Shown: positions 44,869 through 63,890 of the stretch, piece after piece
Layout: every line of letters starts with the position of its first letter
How positions within the stretch are numbered: the stretch's first letter is position 1
DNA from: the human T2T-CHM13v2.0 reference genome, Homo sapiens
Assembly (NCBI RefSeq): GCF_009914755.1
Contig: NC_060932.1
DNA: 64,000 bases
Direction: 5' to 3' (one strand)
Notes under the pieces: model-generated
Told to the model about the DNA's origin: nothing
Seen by the model: the letters and a program-made list of their open reading frames with translations, nothing else
Databases searched by the model: none
Translations under genes and position numbers: made by a program

Positions 44869-45183
44869 GGCTGGGTGTGGTGTCTAACACCTGTAATCTC
44901 AGCACTTTGGGAGGCCGGGGCAGGTGGATCACTTGAGGCCACAAGTTCGAGACTAGCCTGGGAAACATGGCAAAATCCCATCTGTACAAAAAAAAATAAA
45001 AAATAAAAATAAATAGAAAATTAGCCAGTCATGGTGGCATGCCTCTGTAGTCCCAGCTACTCGGGGGTGCTGAGATGGGAGGATCACTTGAGCCTGGGGA
45101 GGTCAAGGCTGCAGTGATCCGAGATCACACCTCTGCCCTCCAGCCTGGCTGACACAGTGAGACCCCGTCTCGACGGAAAGAAA

Positions 45184-45188
<5 letters not shown>
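44869..45188 (+). mobile_element. Alu (AluJ-like), preceded by a head-to-head Alu fragment at ~44790-44825
   Basis: Alu motifs; the tail runs into (TG)n. Confidence 0.88.

Positions 45189-45235
<47 letters not shown>
45189..45235. repeat. (TG)n microsatellite, about 23 units
   Basis: Directly visible. Confidence 0.97.
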
Positions 45236-45237
<2 letters not shown>

Positions 45238-45838
45238 TTCTCTAATTGCATGACAAACTGGGAAATTTTTATGACATCATAAATACACAAACCTAAAGGT
45301 ATAAACGTACATATACAGAGTTTATATAAATTAATGAAATCAAAAACTCCAACAGGAAATGGTGAGGGATATGACTGGATAGTGCATGAGAAAAAATGGC
45401 CACTCCCATCCATGTGGGGAGATTTCAAGCTTGTTTCAGAAGGCTTTTAAAATTACAAGCCTTTTGATCTGGTAACTCAACACCTAGGCATTTGTCCTAA
45501 GGAAATACCCAGGCGTCTACACACGAAAAGACTGAGAAGGACTGAAAGGTCCATCAGGAGAAAATGGGTTAAATGAACTGTGAGGACAGTTCAGTGACAC
45601 TGCTTCTCCATTGATCACACGGCAAGAGCTCCATGTACTTGTAAGTGGGAAAAAGCTTCAGAATGGTGTTTGATGCAATCCCATCTGTCCTATATTATGC
45701 ACACATACACATTTGGGGTATGAAAGGGAAAACTTAAGGAAGAATTATAAAACAAAATATTTATCGTGATTATTCCTGAGTGGTCAAGCTATAGTCTTTC
45801 CACTCTTCTCTATGCTTCTATTTATTCGTTTTATATCT

Positions 45839-46530
45839 TATTTTATTTATTATTTTATCTTATGAGACAGAATCTCACTCTGTTGCCGAAGCTGAAGTGC
45901 AGTGGTGCGATCATAGGGCTCAAGTGATCCTCCTGTCCCAGCCTCCCAAATAGCTGGGACTACAGGCGTGTGCCATCATGCCAGGCTATATATATAATAT
46001 ATATATATTATATATATATTATTTATATGCCAGGCTATATATATTATATATATAGCCTGGCATATAAAATATATATAATTATATATAAATATTATATTAT
46101 ATAATATGTAAATGTTATATATTATATATAATTGTATATACAATTATATTATATACAATTGTATATACAATTATATTATATACAATTGTATATACAATTA
46201 TATTATATACAATTGTATATATTATATTTATATTATATATAATTATATATTATATAATATATAATTATATATATTATGTATTATATAATATATATTATGT
46301 ATATAAATTATATAATATATATTTTATATATAATATATAATATATATAAATTATATATATTATATAATATATATACTATATATATATACACACACACACA
46401 TACACACATATTATAGAGATGGAGCCCTCCTGTGTTGTCCAGACTGGTCTCAAACTCTTGGGTTCAAGCGATCCTCCTGCCTCGGCCTCCCAAAGTGTTG
46501 GGATTACAGCGTGAGCCACTGCACATGGCC
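45839..46530 (-). mobile_element. AluJ-like element split by an AT-rich expansion
   Basis: Right-arm sequence at 45839-45988 and left-arm sequence at 46413-46530. Confidence 0.85.
45987..46414. repeat. AT-rich (TA)n-derived repeat with palindromes and a 27-bp subrepeat
   Basis: About 430 bp that is almost all A/T; aattgtatatacaattatattatatac repeats three times from 46131. Confidence 0.95.
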
Positions 46531-46683
46531 TGTGCTTCTGTATTTTTTAAGTAGGTTTATTATATTTGTTATTTAAAACTAAATTATTTTTAAAAAATGA
46601 ACAAACTCTGGGAGAAGGATGAATATTGAATACATCATTCTATTTTTCTCTGATATATCCCTAAGTTAAAGAAAACAGAAGCT

Positions 46684-46986
<303 letters not shown>

Positions 46987-49900
46987 TAGAAGCTTAAGAT
47001 GTAAGCACAGATAGTCATTATGCCATTTAACAGATGCCCAGAGAGATTTAAAAAGTACCCAATGCAAGATCTGCAGTGAGCCCATTTTCCCAGCGTAGTC
47101 TCACAGATGAACAAAGTGGCATCTACAGGTGAGGCAGCACGTCCGGGTCACCTGCAGGCTGGGAGGAGTCGGTGGAGCAGCAGGGGAGAGGCAAGTGGCC
47201 GGGGTGGGGGACGGGCCCACGTCATCGCATGGCTGCTGTGTCGTCGTGACCGCTGTCTCATCCTGCGAGACATAACCCTGTCCGGGAGAACTCCCCTGGT
47301 GCCCACCAGCCCAGGGGGACCTGCCTGAGGGTGCCAGCCAGCCAAGGTGCAGACAGGCACCCTGGCCCCAGAGTGCGTCCCACTGTTCTGCACCGTTGCT
47401 GGTGAACATGTTGTTTGAAATAGAAGACTAAAGCCACAAAATGGGTTTTACGTCATGGTTAAAGGGAACTCACAGAGGAACTGTATAGAAGAAAAAAAAA
47501 CTCAGCAGAAGAGCTGTTTCGTTCATTTATAACCACGCCCCTGCACTGTGTCCCAGCTCTGGCAGGGACGTTCCCTCCCTCTTCACACTTGCTGGGCTGA
47601 ATCATCTGCAGAGGTGGCAGGAAAACCGCCTCATTTACATACACCCTTTCCGGCAAGCACAGCCAGGGATTCCAATTCCCAGAGCCTCCCAGCCTCTCCA
47701 GTGCCAACGCAGCGCAGCACGGATGCAGGGCAGCGTGGGCAGCGGTGGCATAAGGTGCTCACACCCAGCTGGAGTTGAAGTCTGGCTGACATTACTTTCT
47801 CTGACTCCGTTTCTGGCAGCAGCCACGGACACCGATGGGGGCTGGGCGGCCCCCCCCCCCCCCCCCGCCCCAGGCCTCCCTGCCTGAGTGAGGGGCCCTT
47901 TCCTGGGGGATGGCCTCCTGGCTTCAAGCCTGAATCTTGAGGATGGAAGGAGAAATAAATGAGCATTCAGAAATCTCAGGCTCACTCCTGTCAGCTTCAG
48001 CCTCACTCCTGTCAGCTTCAGCCTGATCTACAGGATTAGCTTCTGAGGCCTAATTTTAAGAGAAAAGGAATCAAGAAAAAAAAAAAAGACATCAAAAATG
48101 AAAAACTGCCATCTGAGTTCCGTCCCACAGGGTTATAACACATCTTAGCCTTTCTGCCTGTCTTGAAAAGAATAAATGTCTATTTTTATCAGCGAGGCAG
48201 CAAAATCCATCAACATCTCCTGCTCATCTGCTGAAACGCACACGCCTGTTCCACTCATCACCGGGCTGTTGCGTCATCTGCCACCTGGGAGGACCAAGAG
48301 ATGACCCTGCCCGCCAGGGGCCTCACAGTAGATGCCAGTGCCAGTGCCAGCAGATGCTTGGCGGGGCCCCATGCTGGGCTGTAGGGCGCACAGCTCTCCT
48401 TTCTAGGTGCCAGGTCGAACACTGAGCTTACTATTGTACAAGATCTAACCCAGGAGGGTGAGAAAGGAGGAGATGAGGCAGGACAGCAAGAGGGACTGGG
48501 GTCCCACACAGCAGCTCAGCCACTGCCGACCTCGGGGTCAGGAAACAGACACTCACAAGAGCGTCCACGACCCGTATGGGAAGATGTCTGAACCCCGAGA
48601 CGGCGTGTTCTGTGCTGGAGAACAACTTCCAGGGCTTTATCCAGGTGTTCTAAAGCCACAGCACCAAAAAGAATTCTCTTCGGCAAAGGCAGCAGGACTC
48701 AACAGGAAGCAGACGTTTGCGTTCCGTTACTTGAGGAAAACCAAATGCTGCTGACATTTCTACCCAGAGAGAGTTTGCATCTCTCCTGCTTCGCAGCCAT
48801 CTTTCCTACGGTTTTACCAGGAGAATGCCTAGCTCTTCTCCAACCTGTGCCAGGCCTGACACTCAGCTCCTCTGGGAGTGCCTCCATTTCCCTGTGCGTA
48901 CAAGCCCACGGTGCCGTAGGATCACCGGTCCACTCTGCGCGGCAGCACCGCACCCCGGAGCCGCAGCTCTTCCTCCCGCTTGCCCGACAGCCCTGGTGCC
49001 AAGCCCTGTCTGAGCCCCACCAGGAGGAAGCGCGTGCTGGCTGCTCTCCATCTGCTCTGGGACTCCGGCCTGCTGCTTCCTCTGCCTGCCACTCCCCAAC
49101 CCCGTTTCCTCCTCTGAAAACTGGAGCTACACCTGCCCCAACAGGGCAGAATTACCTTAAATGGCACAAGACAATTGCACAGCAGACCCACCTCTTCTCC
49201 AAAGTTTTCAGGGCCCAAACCCAGACACCTCCTTGCAGGACTCATGGCTACCGTGGGCTCGCACCACCAGCCTCCCCATGCGTTTTCCTGCCTCTGCTTT
49301 TGCTCAATCTGCTCAATGACAGAAATGCGACAACAGAGGCCACTTTCTCCAAACCCAGCTCTCCCTCGAGGCTCCCATCCTGCTGCTCACGCTGAGGCCA
49401 CTCTACCCTGCCCTCCGCAGCTCACAGGCAGACCTGGAGCCCAGTGACTACAGGGTTGGCCTCCTCATCTTGCCACCACTCACAATGCCCAGCAGTGTTA
49501 AAATCCGGCAGGATGCACCCGCTTGGGAAGCAGTCCCCAAAGCAGAATCGTCACCACATCTGAATAGTTTCTGCCATCCCACTGACAGGCCAGCATCTAA
49601 AAGAGATGTGCGCTGAGCATCCGTTATGTGGTGGCGTCGCTGTGGTTTCTTAACCAGAACGCAAAATCCTGTGACCAGGATTATCACCGGCTCGTTTCAT
49701 ACATGAGACGGGGGAAGCCAAAGTAACCACTCAGGCCACAGCAGAAAAACGCGTGCTGGAATCTGAAACAAAGTCTGTTGGATTCCAAGGGTTCAACGTC
49801 TTTTGTGATGATGAAGACGAAGCCTGCCCAAGAGCAGTCAGAGCTGAAAGAAGAAAAGCAGGAGGGCCTGTGAATGCCCCCAACCCCCTAAAACCTGCAG

Positions 49901-50032
49901 CTCCAGGTCCGACACTCCCAGGTTTGCGTTTTGAATTTACACTACCTATGGGGTCCAGGCCATCACCTAAGTGAGAAATTTCACACGCTCACCCGGGGTG
50001 CTCAAAGCCATCTCTCTAAATGAGGTGCCTGA

Positions 50033-50449
<417 letters not shown>

Positions 50450-50704
50450 TGACAGCCTCTGTGAAGATGAGACGCCTTGGCAGGCACACTGTTAGAGCCA
50501 GAAAGAATCCAGCCAGCTTGCTGAACCACAATGCATTCCTATGTGTGAGCAACGATTAGAAAAGTTATTTTTTACAAAGATGTCATTTACAAACAACAAA
50601 AGCTGTAAGGCACAAAAGTGGGACATGTATGAAGTCTACTCGAAAGATGTGTCCTTTAATTACTCCTGCACTTGGCGAGGCCTCTGCTTCCCAGCCTTGT
50701 GTTA

Positions 50705-51323
<619 letters not shown>

Positions 51324-54306
51324 CCGAATTCGAATTGTGTCTACATCTGTCCACTTCACCTCCACCATTTGTGTGCAGGCCACAGCCATCATCTTCTCCC
51401 AGCTGGATCACTTCACAGTGCCTACCAGGGCCCCCTGTGTCCACACAGCAGCCAGAGATACCAGGAAGGGCGACTGGGTCATCCCTCCACTCTCAAGTTC
51501 CCCAGTGGCATCTCATCTGCACCTGGAGACAGCCAGGTTCCCACGGGTTCCGAGGCTGTCCGGCCACAAGGCACCCAATGCGCTCCTGCCCCAGGGCCTT
51601 TGCACTTCCTGTCTACTCTTTCCTCAAATCCCTGCGGTTTGCTCACCCACTCACCTCCTTCAGGTCTTTGTTCAATGTCACCTCCTTAGAGACTGCTGAC
51701 TGGCTTGTTAAAAACGGTGCATGCCCCCAGCAGCCCCAGCACCCCCCCGCCGCTGTGCTCGCCTCAACAGCGCTTGCCACCTGGCACACTACATCTCCAG
51801 TACTCCCTGCACTAGGCACACCCCAAAGAGAAATGTCTCTGTTTCTGCCCCCCTGGTCTACCCCAGGGCTTAGAATCATGCCTGGCAAGTGCTAGGCTGA
51901 TGGATGTGAACCATATGGTGAATGGTCTCCAGGTAGGTTCTGATTTTCCCTTTGCTCCGCAACCATGGCAGTCTGGGCTGTCTGCCCCAGCCTGGTTGCT
52001 TCTTTTTCTGGAGCAACAGAGCATGTGTCTGCCAGCTAGAGTCATCTCTTGGTGTTTGCCTAGAACCTGAACACATCCTCCTATCTACCTTGTATCAGCT
52101 CTAGATTACTTATAATACCTAAAACAAACACTATGTAAATAGTTATTATACTGTACTTTAAAATTTTAGAATATTTTTTATTGCTTTTTTCCCCCCAAAT
52201 ATTTTCTACCCCTAGGTTAAGGCACCCTGCTTTGGTGGGTTTACGTGATAGGCAGGTCAGCGGCGGGCCAGCACACAGAAACCTCACAGCCTCCTCCTCC
52301 ACGGTCTTTCCCCTTTGGGTTGAAGATGCCCTGCAGCCTGAATCCCTGAATAGCTGCATGGAGCAGAGCAGCTAAGCCCACACAGCCCTGGAAATTTACA
52401 TGAAGGAAAAATAAGCTTCTACAGGGCTTGGATTCCTCCAAGAACCACTGCGTTTGCATGTATTTGTTTTAAGAACTTCATCCATCGCAATGAGCACATC
52501 CCTCTCTCCCTAGTCACTATGTTTTCCACATGAACACATGAGGGTCCTTATTTTTTAACAGAGTAGAATAGATGTTAAAAATAAATATCATGAAGGGAAA
52601 ATTTAGCCTCTATTGATGTTATCTCTTCTGTGACATTTTCCTACTGCATATCAAAATATCCCCAGCCTACATAGCTATAAGGTCATGTTGGCAACACTGT
52701 CATTATAAAGGGAAAAAACTGTCCTCTCCCCAGTGATATATTTAGAAATCCAGCATTTCGACTCAGCATTTCCTTAGGTATAAGAATACTCCCACATTTA
52801 TCTTAAATTACAATCACTGTACATTGTGAAAAGAAGTACTGTTCCAATGTTAATAAAACAGTAAACTGTACATCACGGTGGCGTTAGAAAACCGTCAGAA
52901 CAGACTCCGTGAAATAAGCTTTAGCTTTAAGTAAAATCTCCCTGTAAGCTTCAGCAGGCTTCTGCAGCCCATCCCTGTGGCTCAGGCTAATTCAATTGCA
53001 TGGAGATTCAACTTTAATTCCCCGCACTTGGAATGAATACAGCTCCCTGAGGGATACTTAAAAGCAAATTTAACAAATGACAGAAATCAGAAAATTTCTC
53101 CAATTTGTCCAACCAGCTATTTGAAATGTCAATTCTAAACACTGGCATCCTGGAGAGGTACCATTTTTTTCCTAGTCAGAATAATTAATTAGGAGTAAAT
53201 TGCTGAAAATCAAGCAGACAAAATATCCAGGAGTGTTTGCTTCTTTGATCAATTTCCTTCCTGAAGAGAGACGAGCTCACAGTTTAAAACAAATCGAAAT
53301 GGTATTCTACTTCCTCAGAGGACTGAAGAAAAGTTAACGACGATGCCTGCACGCATTTTGGATCACAGGCCGTGCCACGTGCAGTGTTCTGGCCGCATCT
53401 TTTATATGACATAATTATGGATTTCTTTCTATTATTTGCTATCCGAAAGGCAGGCCTGCTGCTGGCCCCAACTTCAGAGACCAGCCCAGAATTGGTGGGA
53501 GCCTCGGATGGTGCGGGTTGACTCAGGCCCCCACGGCGGCGTGGCGGAGATTAAAGATGGGGTCTAATCTGGCCCTGTGGACCCGGCTCAGCAGACGATG
53601 GAACCCCAGATCTCATCGGGAAGTCTGTCAGCCAAAAACACACACCTCAAAGCGGAGTGCGTGGTGCCTCCACACCGGGCTGTGTTTGCGGAGCTGGGAT
53701 GATAAGTGTGCAAGGGAGGAGGGATCCAGGGCCAGGTTGTTTTCTTCTTGTTAAAATTCAGATAAATTTACCACCGTAGCCATTTTCCAGTGCACACTGA
53801 GGTGGCCTTTCGCACATCCACACTGTTGTGTAACCAACACAACCACCCAATTCCTGGGCACCTTCGTCACCCCCAAAAGAAGCCACGTGCCCGCTAAGCC
53901 ATCACACCCCGTTTCCTCCAAAGCCCAGGCCTTGGCACACGCACCTGCATTCTGTCTCAATGGCTCTGCCTGTTCTAGACATTTCCAGAGGTGGAGCCAC
54001 GCACGTGACCCTCTGTGCCTGGCCCCCCTCATGTGGCATGCTGTCCTTGAGGCTCATCCGCGCTGCAGCTGTGTCTGAGCTCCACTGGGGCCGGATTTAA
54101 CAGACTCCCTCAAGAGGGGCTTGCTCCAGCCCCACGCTGCTGTGGCGGACTGGGCTGGGGGCCTCCTTGTGTCCTCACCCTCCACCCTGCAACTGTGCGG
54201 CCTCTTCCACAGACTCCACATCAGCCATGTGCCTTGCCTGGCAAATGGCACAGGCATGACTGTTCCGCATCCCTCAGGGCTTGCAAAGGTGCCAGCTGCT
54301 TCTGCT

Positions 54307-54320
54307 GTGCCCTCTGCTGG
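54307..54320 (-). promoter_or_regulatory. Candidate CTCF core motif
   Basis: The minus strand reads CCAGCAGAGGGCAC, matching the degenerate core CCASYAGRKGGCRS at all 14 positions. Occupancy cannot be determined from sequence. Confidence 0.35.
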
Positions 54321-54789
54321 GACTCCTGCCTCCCGGGGATGAGCTGCCCCTCCCTCAGGGTGAAGGAGCTGCATGGAGTGGTCCCATCATCCAGGCCCAT
54401 GAAAGGCCCTAGCCAAGGTGGCCGAGAGGCTAAGTTGGCCTCTGACCAGATGTCCCTCTGGGTCATGCAGCCCCAGCAGCCCCGGAGGCTCAGACACAGT
54501 ACGAAATGCTGCTGTAGGCCACAAGACCTTGAGGCGCACCAGGGAAACGACGCGATGGAGCAGATATATTCTCAAACTCATCAGAATGAGTGCAGCGTGC
54601 TGTGTACTGTCGGAAAGTTAGAAGCACCACGCTGGTCTCTGCTCAGTGGCACCTTTCATCCAGCTGGGAGTTCATGTTCAAGAACTTGAAAATTACATAA
54701 GCGAAAATGCTTAGGTATGTTGAAATTAACGGCTAATTATGTGTATACAAATACCGATTCAAACACAGCAACAATAAAAAGGCATTTTT

Positions 54790-55288
<499 letters not shown>

Positions 55289-55476
55289 TCATGGAACTGT
55301 GATTCAGTTTTTTAAAAGACTCCTCATCTTTCAGAGACATACACTTAAGTATCTCTGCATAAACGTGCACTATGTGGGATTTGCTTCAAAATATTCAGGT
55401 AAGGAAATAAGACTGGCTATGGCGGATACGTTAGACTTTCTTTCCTTTCATACATATTTGAAAAAAAATACAAGTT

Positions 55477-55773
55477 TCTTTTCTTCTTTTTGAGGTGGGG
55501 TCTTCCTCTCTTACTGAAGCTGGAATGCAGTGTACAATCTCAGCTGCCTGCAACTTCCGCCTCCCGGGCTCAAGCAATCTTCCCACCTCAGCCTCCTGAG
55601 TAGCTAGGAGCACAGGTGTGCACCACCATGCCCGGCTAATTTTTTTGTATTTTCGGTAGAGACAGGGTTTCACCATGTTGCCCAGGCTGGACTTGAACTC
55701 CTGAGCTTAAGCAATCTGCCTGCGTCAGCTTCCCAACGTGCCGCGATTACAGGTGTGAGCCAATGCACCCGCC
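55477..55773 (-). mobile_element. Alu SINE (AluJ-like)
   Basis: Diverged reverse-strand Alu. Confidence 0.9.
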
Positions 55774-57032
55774 CTTAAAAGTATTTTCTAAAGCTTAAAA
55801 AAAATATCAGCAAATGAAGGAATGACCAAAGTGAAATGGGATAACCCAGCCTGGGCTGAAGACAGACGGGGGTGCAGGGCTCTGGGGTAGGGAGGACGCA
55901 CGGGGATACCAGGCCAGGTGTGTCTGAGGCTGCGCAAGGCCACCACTGCTGTCTTCTAGGGGAGGGTCTGCAGCTCTCGCAGGGGTGCCCAGCGGTAGGT
56001 CAGAAGCCATGCTGGGACCCAGCTGATGAAGACCCCACCCGCTGGTCCAGGGGTAGCTCTAGTTCCCAGCCATTGCTCTTGACTATAAACTTGGACAAGA
56101 AAAGGAATGATGACAAGTGGCTGATGAAGCTAAATTAAGGGCACTCTGCAGGAAGGGAGGAGAAAGCTACAAACCTGCTCAGAGGCTTCCGAACTGGCCC
56201 AGGGGCCAGGTGAGAATGGGACTGTAACAGCTGCTGTGCAGGAAAATTGCCCGGTGGGATGAAGCTTAGCAAATGGACAAGTCAGTTAGTACCTGCAAAA
56301 TGAAGCACGGTGTCAAAAACCGCTTTATTTTCCGCACTCTGCTCAATATTCCATGCCTTCGAGGCTCCAAATATACTCAACATGACCAGTGCTATCAACA
56401 AATTATGCAGACTAAGTTGCTTTTTCGTAATTATAAATCAATCATGCTCACAGTAAAATATCTGCAACTTAGAAAGGTCTACTATAAGTAAGGTAAGATT
56501 TTTTCCATAATTAAATATGCCAAGAAATACCACTGAAGTATATCCTTCCAGGGCATCGATGACATTTTAATTTGTCTGAAGAAACCAAGTAGGTTCTGAT
56601 GCCTAAGGAGGGGACCCAGGGAGATGCCTCCACCCATTTCCAGCGCAGGAAGAACTTGCAGGCAGGAGCATGGAGGCCCCACCTACTGCGAGAGCAAGCG
56701 AGGAGCATGCAGTTCACTTAACACTGTTGGCAGTTCTTGGAAACAGCAAGTTTAAGTGACATGATGTTTAACAAATCCATTTTTTTCCTAATCAACATCA
56801 TAACAAAACAACATTATTCAAGAACCTGATGTACTTTGTTTTGCTTAAAAACGCAGTTTCCAAGAACCTCTCCACAGCATTAAGGACTCACTAAACATTC
56901 TCCAAAAGTTGATGCCTTCAGCACAATGTGAAAAGAACAGCCAAACTAAGCCTATACATTCTGACAAAGTTACACACAAAGTTATCATCTTGGCAAGGCT
57001 TGGAAGCGTAGCAAATTAAAAATTCTATAATT

Positions 57033-57812
<780 letters not shown>

Positions 57813-57831
57813 CACCCCCACCTCTTAAAGA

Positions 57832-57836
<5 letters not shown>

Positions 57837-57897
<61 letters not shown>
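57837..57897. repeat. (TA)n(CA)n microsatellite
   Basis: Directly visible. Confidence 0.97.
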
Positions 57898-57904
57898 GTA
57901 TGGA

Positions 57905-58310
57905 AAAAAACAAATGTCACTGACGAATGGATAAAAATGTGTTCTATCAGGACAGTGGAATATTACACACCCATGAAAAGGAATGGGGCACTGGCACCTG
58001 CTATGACATGGATGAACCTTTAGAGCATTGTTAGGCGAAAGAAGCCAGACACAAAAGTCCGCATGTATAACCTCAGGAACATGCAACATCCAGAACAGGC
58101 CATTCTGTGGAGATGGAGCACAGAGTGGTGGCTGCCAGGGGGTGGGAGGGGGCCATAGGAAGCAGCTGCTCATGGAGCACAGGGCTTCTGTTCCAGGCGA
58201 TGGAAACGTCTGGACCTAGATGGAGTGATGCGCGCCCAACATCATGATGGACTTAACGCAGTTGAGTTATGTACTTTAAACCGGTCCGTTTTGTTCCGCA
58301 TATTTTACAA
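57905..58310 (+). mobile_element. L1M 3'-end fragment
   Basis: gaatggataaaaatgtg...atggatgaacctt...gaaagaagccagacacaaaag...gtggctgccagggg. Confidence 0.78.
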
Positions 58311-60149
58311 ACATATGGAAGATCTAATCAATAATCAATGAATCTGCTCAGCACTGAGCTCCTTTATGCTCCCCCTGGAGGAACTGATACCTTCCCCTGT
58401 GGCCTTTGGTGAAGAACACATTGAATGAATGAATTCTCAGCAACAACAGGTTCTTTAGATCTTTAACCGCCACTCCTAAACACAGAGTGGTGATATGGGC
58501 TTGTGAGCTCTGTCTGGAGAAAGCAAAGCTGTTGTTTTCAGACATTAGCATGAGACAGGCAGAGATAACCTGTCGGAGGTGGATGTTACACTTGGCACTT
58601 TTTACGCTGCCATTCTGCCTTCTCTCCCCTCCAGCACGCTCCGGTCTCCTGTCACATCCCCAGGGCAGGCAGCAAATCTGCAGAGCTCTGGCAGCGCAGT
58701 GGCCACTTTCCCTGGTCTCCTTCTCTGTGCAAATCACCACAGTCCCAAGGACATCAGCCACGTCACCCTCTACTGTTTTCTCCACAATTGTCCGTGGAGA
58801 GCCCAACAGACAGGTCTGCAGCTCCTCTGCTTCGCCGGCCCCATGCCCCCTCCCAGCGCTATTCAGGGCCCTGAGCTGCCCGCAGCCGGCAGGCAGGCGT
58901 CAAGCAAGCAGGGACCGGGGCGGGGACCTGAGCAGACACCGTGGACGGAGCAGGTCCAGGCTGAGGGAAGGTCATGGCTGGCAGCACCGCGTGCCACCTG
59001 GGCGGGCACCAGTCAGGACAATCCACGGGGAAGTGCCATTCCCCAACCTCCACTGCGCAGGCCAAGCACCTGCAGTTTGGGGCCACTGATCCAGCACCCC
59101 TTAAACGTCCTGCATCAGACGAAAGCAGTGAGGGGTGTCCCTGCGAGACCTATTACTTTCCAGCTGCTCCAGGGCAGCAAGGGTCATAGAACAGCATCCT
59201 GGTAATGTCTGGATACCTGAATCAGCCCCGCGGGGTGATGGGGTACCCCTTGCAAGAATCTGCAACTGTGTAGGGGCCCATGGTGAGGTCCTGCTCCTCC
59301 CACATAGGCCACAGGCCCTCCCCACCCACTGCCTCAGTTCCACCGGTGGGTCACTGCCTCCCCAGGCCTAACACCCATGGGACCCCGAAAAATGTCTGCA
59401 GATCTGGTAAGCATCTCTTGGAGGCTCAGCTGTGCCAGGGGCCTCAGCGGGGGAGCAGGATGCCGCCTCAGGGCCTCCCAGCCCTTCCCTGGGGGCCACG
59501 GGCTTGTGTACATCACCAGAAGGGAAAGGAAAAGCCAGCGTGAGCCAAGTGCTGAGCGGCTGCAGAGAGGACTGCGGGATCCTCAGCTATTTGGCAAAGT
59601 TCCATAAGAAACCCGTTTTGAGCCAATCTTGGAAAGAAGGAATTTCCACGAGCAGAAACGGGGAACCTAGGATGGGCATCACACCCGGCAGAGCGGTGGG
59701 CGGGCAGTGGCCTGCCGGGTGGCCTGCGGAGATCACAGGGGCTCCAGCCCACGCTTGGGGGTCAGCCTGTATGGTCTAAACAGCTGGCAACCTTGAGACT
59801 CTGCAAGTAGGAGTGTGGCCACAGCAGGTCGGCACGGCGGCCCGCCCATCACCCCGTGCACTGCTCCCGCACCGGCCTCGTCATCAATTCTTCCTCTGCT
59901 ACAGCTGCGGCCTCACTCCCTCAGGAATCTGCCATCTCAATGAGGCCTCCCTAACACCCCAACTGCACACACCCTGCACTTCCTCCTGAGTCTGTCTGCC
60001 CATCCCATCCCCCCAGTCATAAGCTCCCTGAGGACAGGAATGGTCTGTTTTGGTTGCTGCTTTCTCTTCAGCATCTAGAAGAAGGCCCAGCACAGAGCAG
60101 GTGCTCAAGACATCAACTGTACAAACAACTGAATGACTGCCCGGAAAAA

Positions 60150-60899
<750 letters not shown>

Positions 60900-61412
60900 T
60901 AACTTAAAAACTTCTCCACAAAAAGCACAAAGAGAATTCCAACCCTCCGAAGACAGCGCTCCTGAAAGCGGCATATTTTCACCATGAGCAGGGAGCCCGG
61001 CTCCCATACCCACAGCCCAAAAGAGAACACGGGCCCAGCCTAGGCTGGTTCCTGAAGGCGACAGGCCCCTGGGCCCCACTGTCTCTGCACCAGAGGGGTT
61101 GGGAGCCCCTGTCCTGCCCATGGCCAACCCCCCCATATGCTCAAAGCAACAGTCCATCCAAAGACTTTGAAAAAAACACACAGTCCCCCAAATCTCTCAC
61201 AGACTCAGCCAGGCGGCCACTCCATGCAGATGAGATTTTAGATTCCAAATCAGATGCTCTTCTTGGGTGGTTTTATTCAAACATGTGTGTAAATCATGAT
61301 ACAATTTAATTAAAGTGGAACATCTCTCCGAAACACTCTGGGATTAAGTAGACACGCGCGCATGCAGATCATTCGAGAGTTAAACAGAACAGGAGTTAGG
61401 AGTCTTCTGACT

Positions 61413-63890
<2,478 letters not shown>

